A stretch of DNA of 62,869 nucleotides, filler included, from Diploschistes diacapsis (GCA_023645945.1; 14 parts of 14 records of this genome joined end to end with filler, not necessarily neighbours in it); one strand, 5' to 3'. Positions 11,759 through 22,554 are shown, counted from the first letter of the whole stretch. Numbers and translations are program-made. The notes: generated by a model not told the origin, from the letters alone.

Positions 11759-14183
11759 TGTTTTCGTAGCAGGTTTGCAGCCCTTGTCGAAACTTCAGAA
11801 GCGAGCGTGAAAAGACCGTAAGGAGAGATAAACGGTGAACGAAGGTCAACAAAGACCTTTTCCACAGGACTGGATGAACGAAAGTAGAAGAAGTGTCGAC
11901 CGAGAAAGAGGGCCTATGGACTGCGAGCCGGATCTCAAGATAGATTTTGAAAGCCGGAGAGCTCACAGAAGCCTGACGCCGGGACAACTCGAAGAAGGAA
12001 AAAGACGAGACAGATCAACGCGTATTATTTAGGAAGGACCAGGACAGGGAAGGGGCAAGGGGAAGGGAAGACCTAGCAGCAGGCCCTTGATGCGGTGGCC
12101 GATTACCACTTTCCATCATCATCGACCAATTCATCCTTATCCTTTCATTCTTCTGGCCCACATTAGAGCGACTAGTTGTTACGGTACTCCGTATTAGCCA
12201 TTCGTTAGGTTATTGCAAAGGGGGGGGGGGGGGTGAGAAATAAGCGCTGGCGGCCATTCCTTGCTAGCTCTGATGCCAGTGCCAGTGCCAGTGCCAGTGT
12301 GCCAGTGCGATGAAATGATTGACAGGCACAAGATAGACTAGGTAGATTTGCGCTAAGGTAACATACGAAAGTAATACAGGGCTTCTAAAATAAAACAGCT
12401 AAACTAATCTTTCCCTTCCTGTGTAAGTAAGCCAAAAGGGGTATACTACTTACTCCGTAGTCAATACTGAGCTATCGAACTAGCGCAAGGGGAAGGTCAT
12501 TGCTGAAGGCACAGCAGCTCAATTAATCTCCTTTACACGGAGGAGAGATAGCAGAGATAATAGAGAGAGCATGGAGAGCAAAGAGAGCAATAGATGTGGT
12601 TGGTTGCTGCAGGTTTCGGGGCCTTGCTGTCGTTGGCGGCGATTATTCCGATCAGTCCAAACCTCTCTGCATCTCCAAGAGGGGGAGAGCAGCGATCAGG
12701 AGACGGTTTCTTACATTGCATTGCAGCCTCTCCGTCCTACAACCAATGCAGACCCTTTCTAGTCATCGCAAAGGTGGTCATGTAGGATAGATGGGTAGGA
12801 GTGTTTCTCGCTGCAGCGACAACAAACACCGCAGGATGGATTCAGCGGAAATTTGTATGAGTGGTGGTAATGACCAGGGTCAGTCAGAAGATACGAAGCA
12901 CGTTAAAACATGGCGCCACCCGCTTGAAGCCCCGGAAGGAGCCTCACGACATCTTTCCTCCCAACTGAGATGCACATCCGGTGTAGCTTTAGGAGTTGCA
13001 GCCGTTGAACTTCTGGCATAAAAAAGAACATATGCAAGGGTTTCTTTCCCCAACATTACGCACAACCTTATGCACTTTTTACACCCACTCTGCACCTACT
13101 ACGCGTTCTTACACTTTTTACCATCAATACGCGTGCCATTCATGTGCGCACCGATCGGCTGGAATGGCTTAATGAATACGCATGATCAAGCCTTAATTAT
13201 ACGCAGGGCCCGATGCGAATGGGATGAGCTAAGCAAGTCTAAAACAATGACTGTATTATGCCCACGCGACAAAGTAGACAAAGTACTTGGCGTTTCACTA
13301 GCGTCTGTGTGCTATTATCGTCTGTCTGTCTATTCGAAGCATGACCCTTCTTTGCCACCACTAATTAATTACACTTAGCCAGGCCAAGTACTGTCTGGTA
13401 CAAGCTAGTAAGATTTCTAGATTTCAAGTGGCTACGCTAGTACCTGGCTCGCCGGTAATTTACTGAAAACGCCTGGAAGACTAGCTAGTTCCCTGGGATC
13501 TACGTACCGGTACAACTGTACACAGCCAAAAGCCAAAAGCCAAAAGCCAAAAACACATCACTCTGATTTCCCACTGCTGCTGGGCTGCTACTCGCTAGCT
13601 CGCCCGCGTAGCATGGCTAGTAGGTACAAGATCAACTTACTTAGAGCCACACCATGTGGGATCCAGCCCCAGAACCACGAAAAAGACTTCCTGCAGCCCA
13701 GTAGCAAGTAAGCGGTAGTCTAGGGAAAGTACGCCGAATTTTCCTTATTCGGTCATTACCCAAAATCGATCTTGATTGCCTTCATCTCGCCTTCCGAGCT
13801 TGACTGGCGAATGCCTCTCTCTCCATCTTCTTTTCTCTCATCCAACCGCACTGATTTTCGAGAGCCTTGCGGATCCAGCCGCCGATCTATTCCAGTGACT
13901 TATTTTCTTCCCTGTTATTATTCCCTTATCTCTGCTTCCTACTGGGCCAAACGTACGCTCACGGACACTCTCTCTTATGTTCTGATCTTCTGTATGGGCA
14001 GTGTGGCCTCTGGAAGTACGGCAATCAATCGTTCAAAACCACATTCGCAGCATGCCTGGACCATCTCACTCAACCTAGCGAGAAGCCTGCCTACCTCCCC
14101 GTCGTCGTCCTTGCCCTCGACCTTATTTCCTTACATTGCTGGCGTTCTTTTCTTTTCCGCCCTCGCCTATCATACCAAGCGGA
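11759..14183. promoter_or_regulatory. Divergent intergenic region shared by the GT2 and GH16-AT3 genes
   Basis: Head-to-head start codons. Contains (GCCAGT)n at about 12274-12308, (CCAAAAG)n at about 13526-13551, TACTCCGTA motifs and three GCTAGTA copies. Confidence 0.55.
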
Positions 14184-17100
14184 ATGGGTGTACGGTCGAT
14201 TGTCGTCGCTCTTGGCCTGGCTGGCCTAGCCGCTGGCGCGACGGACGTTTCGAGTTGTTCGTGCGGTTTCTACGATGCCGAACAGGACAATCTTTGGACG
14301 GATTCAATTGTCGTTTACTTCAATGAGTCCAACAACATACCGGAGGATATTTTCTGGAGGGAGAATTGGAGGAATACCTACGAGCAGGGCTGGAACGCTC
14401 AGTTCGTCACGGGTTCTGCTACGAACAATTCGTGGATTGGCAACTCGACCTCTCAGTCAACGTCGGCCCAGAAGTCGCTCCAACTCTTCGTCGAACCTTC
14501 AACAGCCCAACATCTCGTTGTTGGGGGTGGTGTTAGAACGCAGCGGCAAGACATCCAGTATGGAAGCTTCCGAGCTATGATGAAAGGTCCGGCACGATAC
14601 GCTGGCGGCACTTCTTTGACTATGGAGCTCGCCTACAATTTAACGCAGCAAGTCAGTCTCAATATCATGAACACGGCCGAGCCAGATACTGCTTGGATCA
14701 GCACCCTCATAAACCATGAGTTCCCTAACCGCTACCTGGGAGTCAACTTGACAAATATCACGAACCAAGCCTTTGGTGCGAACCCTATCACGGATCCGTG
14801 GGGTTATAATATCATGAGGCTGGACTGGACACCAACTGTGATGAACTACTGGCTCGGCAATAACCTCAGTAGGTCAGTGACAGGTGCATGCGATGATGGC
14901 TCAGCAAGGCCTACCACGCCATCGCCCTTGACACTGAAGCATTGGTCCGATGGAAACGAATATGCCATGGAAGGACCTCCTTGGCACAATGAGAGCGAAG
15001 CAAACATTCTTTATGTCAGGGCATTCTTCAACACCTCCTCGCTGACAAGCGATGAGGAGCAAGCGTTCAATTCGAGGTGCAATATCAAAAGTGCCTGTTC
15101 CACAGATGACCTGGAGCTTCGTGGCTCCACCCCTTACCCAGAATCTGCAACACAGTACTGGCAGCAGCAATCCGGACAGTATACTATGCGATGGCCCGCT
15201 GTCGGAATCGGATCCTTTGGCCTTCTAATTTCTCTGTTGACAATTATCAACGTAACAATCCGCCGCTTCGTTCTTCCTGACGCCCCCAAGAAGCACGAGC
15301 CCGAACCCTCATCGACCGAATCAGAAGACAGCAATTCCACCAGGGGGGAAGGGTCATTCATTTCCGGAGGCACGACTCCGCTGGCCGCGCACAGGAGTCC
15401 TTACGCTTCTGGCTTCGTCACTCCAGCTACATCGGGGGCAAGGACCCTCGTGCCTGGCACTCCCAACAACCTGACCAGACCGTCCTCGATCAGGGACATA
15501 CCCCCAATACCCGAACAGTTTCGAGAATCTTCAATGGCTGGCTCTTCGGGAGCAGCAACTCCTCGAAATATTACTCGGCCTTCGTCCGCCAGAGGCGATG
15601 GGGAATTCCCGCCAATTCAACATGGATCGCACGACAATCTCGACAGGGCGCGGTTCGCTGAAATGACGATGGGTGAGGGTCCTACGTCGCCTGGACTCAT
15701 GTCTGGGCCCGAGACTCCATTCTTCGGTACCTCAGTACCCACCACACCATTCTCTCCTTCGTTTGGGGCTGGTGCAAGAAATTTGTCATTCCTTGGAAGA
15801 CCCGCAGAGCAAATTACCTACGGTCCCGCCGTTCCGGTTGGCGACACCGGTGATGAGGAAATCGTTCGAGGTGGGGTGGTCGTTGAGCCCAACGGCAAGG
15901 GCAAGAACGTTGCCATCAGCACTTCAGCTGCTCCAAAGGACGCCACGGTAGGGCGTGGAAAGCCCGCGGGTCAACGAGTCGACTATCTGGCCGGTCTGCT
16001 TGCAATCTGTTCAACATTTGTGTCGTTGACGCATTATATGCTTACGTTCGTTCCGGCCGTTATCGAGCCCGGCGCGTTTACCCACTATCCTAGCGAAAAC
16101 TTGGCGAGGAAGACTGTAGGATGGTTCTTCTTCAACGAAGCTTGGGTTGTTTTGTTCTTCACCACCTCCTCACGTTTCCTGACCACAAAGTATCTTCGAA
16201 CAGGCGACTTGGGCGTCATTGCGGAGAAAGCCACTGGCAGAACATTCCGTCTTATGATCCCCATTATCGGCGTCATAGTCCTAGAGTACTTCTTGATGGA
16301 CGTTGGTGCGGTGGATTGGTTGCAGTACCTATCTTCCGTGACGTGGTCCACTTGGCCGTACACAGTTGTCTACGACAACTTCGGCGACTTCGTCAGCGAG
16401 ACCCTCGAGTTGATCTATCTCATCCCCAATGGTCGGCCCCAGATCACTTCCAACTACTGCACCGGTGTGCTCTGGACCATTCCCGTGCAGCTTGATGGTT
16501 CGTGGCAGGCCATGCTTGCTGTGATCGTTTTTCGGGAGATCAAGGCACCTTGGAAAAGAATCACGTACTACCTCACCGTCATTGCACTCCACTGGTACGG
16601 TCGTTCCTGGGGCGCGTTTTTCGTTGCCGGTCTCTGCATGGCAGACATGGACGTGACCTACAAGTACAGGAAGTGGTTATTGGCAAGACCTTGGATCTAT
16701 TATCCCGCTTTGAACCTCGTCATTCTCCTCGCACTCGCCGGCCTCGGCAACGATCTTGTGTCCAACTGGATAGGCATCGACTTTCAAATCATCGAGGATG
16801 GGTGGCACATCGACAAGCGTACCGGTCTCGCTAGGATTCAGGCCGGCAATAGCGGCTTTCCGGCATACTACGTACCGAAGCTCAACGGTCTCGTGTTTGC
16901 CATATGCGCCCAACTTCTCGTCGAATGGAGCGCGTGGTTCCAGAAGGTCATTTCCGTGAAGATAGTCCTCTGGCTCTTCCCGCACATTTTCACCATCTAT
17001 CTCTTCCATGGTTTCATCTTCTGGAGCGTGGGCTCCGCGCTCTGCATTTCGCTCTCCTCGGCTGGCGTACCTTATTGGGCCAATTTGCTTCTCGTCGCCA

Positions 17101-17462
17101 TCGTCTGCTACACCGTCCTTTACCTGTCGCTTCCCATCATCACCCCCGTCGTGGAAGCCCTTGGAAAAACCGTCACGAACAGTATCTGGGCCTCGGCCTC
17201 GGAGCAGCCAGCGCCCAAGCGACGGACACTATACCCTTTCCCGGATGACCTCTTCGTGAGCCGTAACCTCGACAACCCCTTCGAAAACGCTTCTGTTATC
17301 GACTCAAGCGCTAGCTCTATCAACTACAAGCCAGGCAAGGGCGGCAAGGGTAGTATGACGACCGCAACAGGATCCAGTGCGAGCTCATTTGCAGAGAAGC
17401 CAACGACTGCGGATGGAAAGGCACCGAACACAACCGTCAGTGACATGGGCATTGCGTTCTAA
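14184..17462 (+). CDS. Fusion protein: signal peptide, GH16-like ectodomain, TM helix, S/T/P-rich linker, C-terminal acyltransferase-3 domain
   Basis: Intronless ORF from ATG 14184 (MGVRSIVVALGLAGLAAGA). CSCGF, RQDIQYGSFRAMMK, RLDWTP, PTTPSPLTLKHWSDGN and GPP mark a fungal GH16 fold. TM WPAVGIGSFGLLISLLTIINV. AT3 motifs RVDYLAGL, GRTFRLMIP, GVLWTIPVQ and GLCMADM. Confidence 0.85.
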   Translation: MGVRSIVVALGLAGLAAGATDVSSCSCGFYDAEQDNLWTDSIVVYFNESNNIPEDIFWRENWRNTYEQGWNAQFVTGSATNNSWIGNSTSQSTSAQKSLQLFVEPSTAQHLVVGGGVRTQRQDIQYGSFRAMMKGPARYAGGTSLTMELAYNLTQQVSLNIMNTAEPDTAWISTLINHEFPNRYLGVNLTNITNQAFGANPITDPWGYNIMRLDWTPTVMNYWLGNNLSRSVTGACDDGSARPTTPSPLTLKHWSDGNEYAMEGPPWHNESEANILYVRAFFNTSSLTSDEEQAFNSRCNIKSACSTDDLELRGSTPYPESATQYWQQQSGQYTMRWPAVGIGSFGLLISLLTIINVTIRRFVLPDAPKKHEPEPSSTESEDSNSTRGEGSFISGGTTPLAAHRSPYASGFVTPATSGARTLVPGTPNNLTRPSSIRDIPPIPEQFRESSMAGSSGAATPRNITRPSSARGDGEFPPIQHGSHDNLDRARFAEMTMGEGPTSPGLMSGPETPFFGTSVPTTPFSPSFGAGARNLSFLGRPAEQITYGPAVPVGDTGDEEIVRGGVVVEPNGKGKNVAISTSAAPKDATVGRGKPAGQRVDYLAGLLAICSTFVSLTHYMLTFVPAVIEPGAFTHYPSENLARKTVGWFFFNEAWVVLFFTTSSRFLTTKYLRTGDLGVIAEKATGRTFRLMIPIIGVIVLEYFLMDVGAVDWLQYLSSVTWSTWPYTVVYDNFGDFVSETLELIYLIPNGRPQITSNYCTGVLWTIPVQLDGSWQAMLAVIVFREIKAPWKRITYYLTVIALHWYGRSWGAFFVAGLCMADMDVTYKYRKWLLARPWIYYPALNLVILLALAGLGNDLVSNWIGIDFQIIEDGWHIDKRTGLARIQAGNSGFPAYYVPKLNGLVFAICAQLLVEWSAWFQKVISVKIVLWLFPHIFTIYLFHGFIFWSVGSALCISLSSAGVPYWANLLLVAIVCYTVLYLSLPIITPVVEALGKTVTNSIWASASEQPAPKRRTLYPFPDDLFVSRNLDNPFENASVIDSSASSINYKPGKGGKGSMTTATGSSASSFAEKPTTADGKAPNTTVSDMGIAF

Positions 17463-18139
17463 CCGCCCCAAAACGAACCACCCCCCACCATTGTTTGAAG
17501 TTTCTACAGAATCATCCCTTCCTTATGTTTTGCTATCCCATCCAATCTATCCATCCCAATAGTGGCTTCCCAAAAACGGCTTTCTCCACTTGTTGATATG
17601 TGGCGAGACATCTAGGGATTGCATTGCACGAGGACGGTAGCGAGAAATTGTGGTTATTTTCTAGTCTTGATCCACATGAAAGAAGGAAACCCAAATGTTC
17701 TAAATAGCTTTGCCACGCCACCACCGTGGGAAAGAAAAGCCTTTCACGGCTATACAGATAGACTTGATATCAAAACGCTGAGGCGTCTAATTAATGATCT
17801 TCTTCGACCAGTCTGTTTCGCATACTCTCGAGGCTGTGACATCGAGAATGTCACGCAAATGCCTGCATGACACATTAGAAACTAGAAGCAAGGTACATGT
17901 AGACTACCGATTGCTGCGGCTTTCTTGGTATTGTAGCACAGCCGACGCGCATGCTTGTGTATACAGCGCCTTCCTCCCACGTCACAGCGGAAGCGGATAT
18001 TACAGTCTCTTAATCTCAACAACTTTGACATACTAACTTTGACATACTCGACATTACATCAAGCCTGCAAGTTTATTTGATATAATTCCCGCTGCCGATT
18101 TGGTTTCCAATCCTACCTCCCGAGGTTCTACTAGCCAGA

Positions 18140-19043
18140 ATGGATACTTTTGCGAAAGCGGCTCAGAATCGCTCTATTCGCACTATCAAGACCGTACGTA
18201 TCCCAAGCGTGAAGCTTTACAAGCAAGCAGACTCGATCGTTTTAAAGCTTCTCAGCACCATGGGACTTCTCTATCTCTTATACTATTTCCAATATTCCAC
18301 TGACACTACTATCTTAGGAGCTGGATTTCCTCCTCGACTCCAACCTCCTTACTCAAAACCAAATTTCCCAGATAACCGCCATCCTCCCCTCCTCCGCCGA
18401 ATCCTCCTATCGGAACGGCAGCGGCGCTACCGACACGACAAGCAACAACTATCCTCCTCCTGCAGTCCGGAACCAATCCAATCTTTCCCACACCGCCACG
18501 TCCCCTCGCCTCAACACTTTCAACACCCTCTCCCTCAATGAAAAGTCCTCCGCCACGCCTCCTCCCCCATCCTACGCTTCCTCCGGCCCACCCTCCATAG
18601 CGACCGCCACATCTCTCTATGCCTATGCCCCCAACGACCCCAACGACCTGGCCCTGCAGCCCAACGACCGCGTCATAATAACCGAGTACGCAAACGCGGA
18701 CTGGGCTCGGGGTCGCAACGAGCGTACTGGACAGGAAGGCATATTTCCACGGAGCTATGTGAACGTAATCGAGGAGAAGAAGGGGAATGCCGGTCCGCCG
18801 CCGTTGCTACCGGTCAGGAACCAGAGCCATGCGCACAGCAGCGGCTATGGCAACATGCCGGTGGAAGTAGCGGGTCAGAGCGGGGCGGGCATGACGGGTC
18901 AGCAGCAGATGCCGGAAGGGGCGGCGGGAGGAAATAGTAAGTTCAACGACCAGGGGAAGAAGTTTGGGAAGAAGCTGGGGAACGCGGCGATATTCGGGGC
19001 GGGGGCTAGTATTGGGGGCAATATTGTTAACAGCATCTTCTGA
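18140..19043 (+). CDS. LSB1: SH3-domain protein of the Lsb1/Pin3 family
   Basis: Exon 1 18140-18193, intron 18194-18317 (GTACGT...CTGAC...TAG), exon 2 starts ELDFLLDS. SH3 ATSLYAYAPNDPNDLALQPNDRV...ADWARG...EGIFPRSYV. Family C-terminus KFGKKLGNAAIFGAGASIGGNIVNSIF. Confidence 0.85.
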
Positions 19044-19859
19044 GGGCCCGTAAGGTGGTGGGGGTGCTGGATGCGCATGATATACTTCGGGGTGAGATGG
19101 GAATCCTATCGCTGCTTGACGCGATGAAGTCAATATGGGCTCGAGCATTCTTATACTACGATGCCTGGGAATGTGTGTCTTTCTGGCGGTGTTGAGCTAT
19201 GAGCTGCGTTAAGGCTGCTGTCTGGGTATTTGATATAGATGGAAAAGACAATTGGAGTTTGGTTGGCACAAGGTATTCCAGAAACACTTGAAGAGCTTTC
19301 AATCAGCGACTAGGATTTCAAACAAATCCCCTCTACTAATGCCGTAGCCCAGGTGGCGCTTCGTTGCAAAGTTGGTAAAGGGTTACATGACGCTACTTTC
19401 ATTATGAGAATCATCATCAAGCTCGTGACACCCAGATGAAAGCCGCCACACATTTATCTATCTCCGCTCGGTTGAATACGTTTTCCTATTCGTCCGTCTC
19501 TGCAGCAAGGAGCCGCTATGCACTTTCTACATGTAACTTAATGATTACAAAGTACCCCACCAAGCAATCGTGAGAGCGGGGCTTCAAACAAGCTTCCTCG
19601 TACCTTTCCCGCTTCTGCAGCGGAATCCAGCGGATTTCCATGGCAAAAGAGGTAGGTGCTAACACGATTCACCACCGCGAACGGGATCCTTCGAGCTTGT
19701 ATGGGGCTGCGTGGATCGGATCCGCAGAGATGACGATATAGGCTAAACGTCTCTTCCACTCTTTTCATACTTTCGACTTTAAAACGCAAAGGCTCTGCTC
19801 CACCTCCTTGGAACCATCTTTTCTCTCATAAAGCTACTATCTCAATCGTATCTCTTGCA

Positions 19860-21051
19860 ATGGCCTCGGAAGACCTTCCAAAGATGCAGTACCGCCATCT
19901 CGGCCGCTCTGGCCTCAAAGTCTCCGTCATCTCCCTCGGAGGCTGGCTAACATACGGTGGACACGTCGGCAATGGTCTGGATATCCCTCCCAGTATAAAG
20001 CCATAACGCTGAGTAGAATGTGTACAGAGGATAGTTATGCTTGCATGAAGGCAGCCTATGATGCTGGCATCAACTTCTTCGACTGTGCCGAGGCGTACTC
20101 CGGAGGAGAGTCGGAAAAGATCATGGGAGAGGCTATCAAACACTACAAGTAACGCCACTCCGAGTCCATTTGAGAGGCCCGGTTCTGATGTCAGGAAGCT
20201 GGAAGCGCAACGACCTCGTAATCTCCACAAAGATTTACTGGGGAAGTGCCTATGGCGACAACCCCGTCAACAACGGCGGCCTTTCGCGGAAACACATTGT
20301 CGAGGGGACGAACCTAGCCCTTAAGCGCCTGCAGCTGGACTACGGTATGCCCCAATCGGCCACCAAACCGCGGACGTGCTAACGCCCAGCAGTCGACCTC
20401 ATCTACGCCCACCGCCCAGACCGCGACACCCCCATGGAAGAAACGGTCCGGGCCTTCAACCACCTCATCGACACGGGCAAGGCCTTCTACTGGGGCACTT
20501 CGGAGTGGAATGCAGACGAGATCTCGGAAGCCTGGCGCGTGGCGGAGCGGTACAACCTGATCGGCCCGCTGATGGAGCAGCCGCACTACAACTACCTGGT
20601 GCGCGACAGGGTCGAGAAGGAGTACCTGGGCCTGATCGAGCGGCACGGGCTGGGCCTGACCATCTTCAGCCCGCTCAAGCAGGGCATCCTGACGGGCAAG
20701 TACAACGACAAGGTGCCGGACGACAGCCGGCTCAGCACGAGCCAGGACAACTTCGCCAAGAACATGAGGGAGAAGTACGGCAACGAGGACTGGCAGAAGC
20801 AGATCCAGCAGGTCAAGGCGCTGGAGCCCGTCGCGGAGAAGCTCGGCTGCGACCTGGCGGCGCTGGCCATGGCGTGGGTCATCCGCAATCCGCACGTGTC
20901 GAGCGCCATCACGGGCGCGTCGAGGCCGGAGCAGGTGGCCAAGAGCGTCAAGGCGCTGGATGTGCTGCCCAAGTTAACGGACGAGGTGATGAAGGAGATT
21001 GACGAGCTGGTTGGGACGAAGCCCGCGTTGCAGCCAAGGAGATTTTTCTAG
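19860..21051 (+). CDS. Aldo-keto reductase, voltage-gated K+ channel beta-subunit-like
   Basis: Introns at 19975-20027, 20149-20198 and 20345-20392. Peptides [58 protein letters not shown] and [12 protein letters not shown]. Confidence 0.93.
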
Positions 21052-21129
21052 ACGAGTGGGCAAAGAAAATAGTCTTTAATAAATTATCTATTATAATTGA
21101 TAAAACTTAAGAAAGATTAAATGTCGTTA

Positions 21130-21374
21130 ACGTGTTTCACCACACAACGGAGCACACCACTAAGCGGAACACTACATTATAATGTAATTGCGCTAGATCG
21201 AGCGCTTCCATATTTAGTTTAGTTTCTAAGTTTTAAACGAGCTTTTGAGCTAAGCCTGTTTCGTACGAAGCCCCACAACCACGAAAGGTGAAAATGTTAA
21301 AGAAATACACTTTACGAAGGTGCAGGGATTTGTGTTCCGCTTTGTGGTGTGTTCCGTTGTGTAGTGAAACACGT
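21130..21374. mobile_element. MITE with Fot1/pogo-type ends, 245 bp
   Basis: Imperfect TIRs of about 43 bp (ACGTGTTTCACYACACAACGGARCACACCACWAAGCGGAACAC), TA on both flanks, no coding capacity. Confidence 0.88.
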
Positions 21375-21446
21375 TAACGTTCTTTAGGATTGATTTATTT
21401 AAGAATTGATTCTATTTTCTTCGGATCGATCTTAACGCCGTCTTGT

Positions 21447-21741
21447 TGTTATGATCTCTATCTCTATAAAATAGACACGAGGCATTAATCAAGGTAAGTT
21501 TGGTCTCGTATAAAAAAGAGGAATATAAACAAAAAGAAAAAGATAAAATAAAAGTTATGCTATCTACATCGGAACTGGTATGATAGAGCAACAACGTTCC
21601 CAGCCTTTTCCTCTTGCTCCTTGCCTTGGAATTAGACTGGCAGGGAGTATACGCACAGATCATGCTCGAAGCGAGCTTTAAGCGTACTCGGTCTGGAGTA
21701 AAGTCACGGTGGAAAAGCAGCTTCAGCAGTGAGGTTTGGGG
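21447..21741. mobile_element. LTR family A, truncated by contig end
   Basis: Starts TGTTATGATCTCTA. The same start occurs at 62221 and, reverse-complemented, at 46886-46939. Confidence 0.6.
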
Positions 21742-21841
21742 NNNNNNNNNNNNNNNNNNNNNNNNNNNNNNNNNNNNNNNNNNNNTTAATTAATTAANNN
21801 NNNNNNNNNNNNNNNNNNNNNNNNNNNNNNNNNNNNNNNNN
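21742..21841. other. Artificial contig linker, first of 13 identical 100-nt spacers
   Basis: N44-TTAATTAATTAA-N44, giving stops in all six frames. Repeats start at 23354, 45175, 46786, 48396, 50006, 51616, 53226, 54836, 56444, 58051, 59658 and 61264. Confidence 0.97.
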
Positions 21842-22114
21842 ACAGTACAGTGTCCGTGTTAATAGATTCACGGAAATGTAGTATCCGTGTCAATGTCCGT
21901 GTTTTAAATTTTTTAATTATAGTGTCCGTGTCAGTGTCCGTGTTTTAAATTTTTTAATTACGGTGTCTGTGTCCGTGGATTCACGGAAAGGTAGTGTCCG
22001 TGTTAGTATCCGTGTTTTAAAATTTTAATTGTCGTGTCCGTGTCAGTGTCCGTGTTTTGAAAATTTTTGCTGCAGTGTCCGTGTCAGTGACCGTGGCACG
22101 AAACGGCCAGCCTA
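21842..22114. mobile_element. DNA-transposon end with GTGTCCGTGT subterminal repeat array (hAT-like terminus)
   Basis: More than 10 copies of GTRTCCGTG ending in GTGACCGTGGCACGAAACGGCCAGCCTA. A second copy lies at 50106-50461. Confidence 0.6.
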
Positions 22115-22229
22115 TACGAAACTATTAAATTATTCGAAACATGACGTCTTTATTAAAAAACTCGGTCTAATTTAAAAGATATTTAGTTGGATTATATAGA
22201 CATACCGGATAATTCCGTCTATAAAGAAG

Positions 22230-22467
22230 TGTTAAGTAGACAGATAGAAAAAATAACTGGAAATATAACTAAGTTTTAGAAGGAAGTTTAGTTCAGTTGA
22301 ATCCGAGGTTCAATTTAATTGAACCTTTTGGAATTTTAACTAGACCGAATAAGGAATAATGCATGTAATAAGGCTTAACGTATCCCACGAGGATAAAAGT
22401 CTGCAAAGTAGAATAACCTCCTAGATAAGACCTCTAGACTTCAATATATCCATTACGTTGCCAAACA
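22230..22467 (+). mobile_element. Copia 3' LTR (family B) preceded by an RNase H tail relic
   Basis: TGTTAAG...TTGCCAAACA. Homologous to 49520-49734, 52371-52606 and 57277-57456. Confidence 0.8.
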
Positions 22468-22554
22468 AAATTCTATCCGAAACGCCTCGAAACTAATTAT
22501 TTAAATTAATAATAAAAAATAAATAAAAAATAAACACGATTATTAATAATATAT

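Noticed and set aside
20314..21002. Long overlapping antisense and alternate-frame ORFs over the AKR gene, and similar ones over the AT3, GH16 and APH genes
   Set aside because: They are shadow ORFs caused by high GC3 codon bias.
21842..22114. CRISPR-like repeat-spacer appearance of the GTGTCCGTGT array
   Set aside because: The context is eukaryotic, the spacers are themselves repetitive, there are no cas genes, and it fits a transposon subterminal array better.
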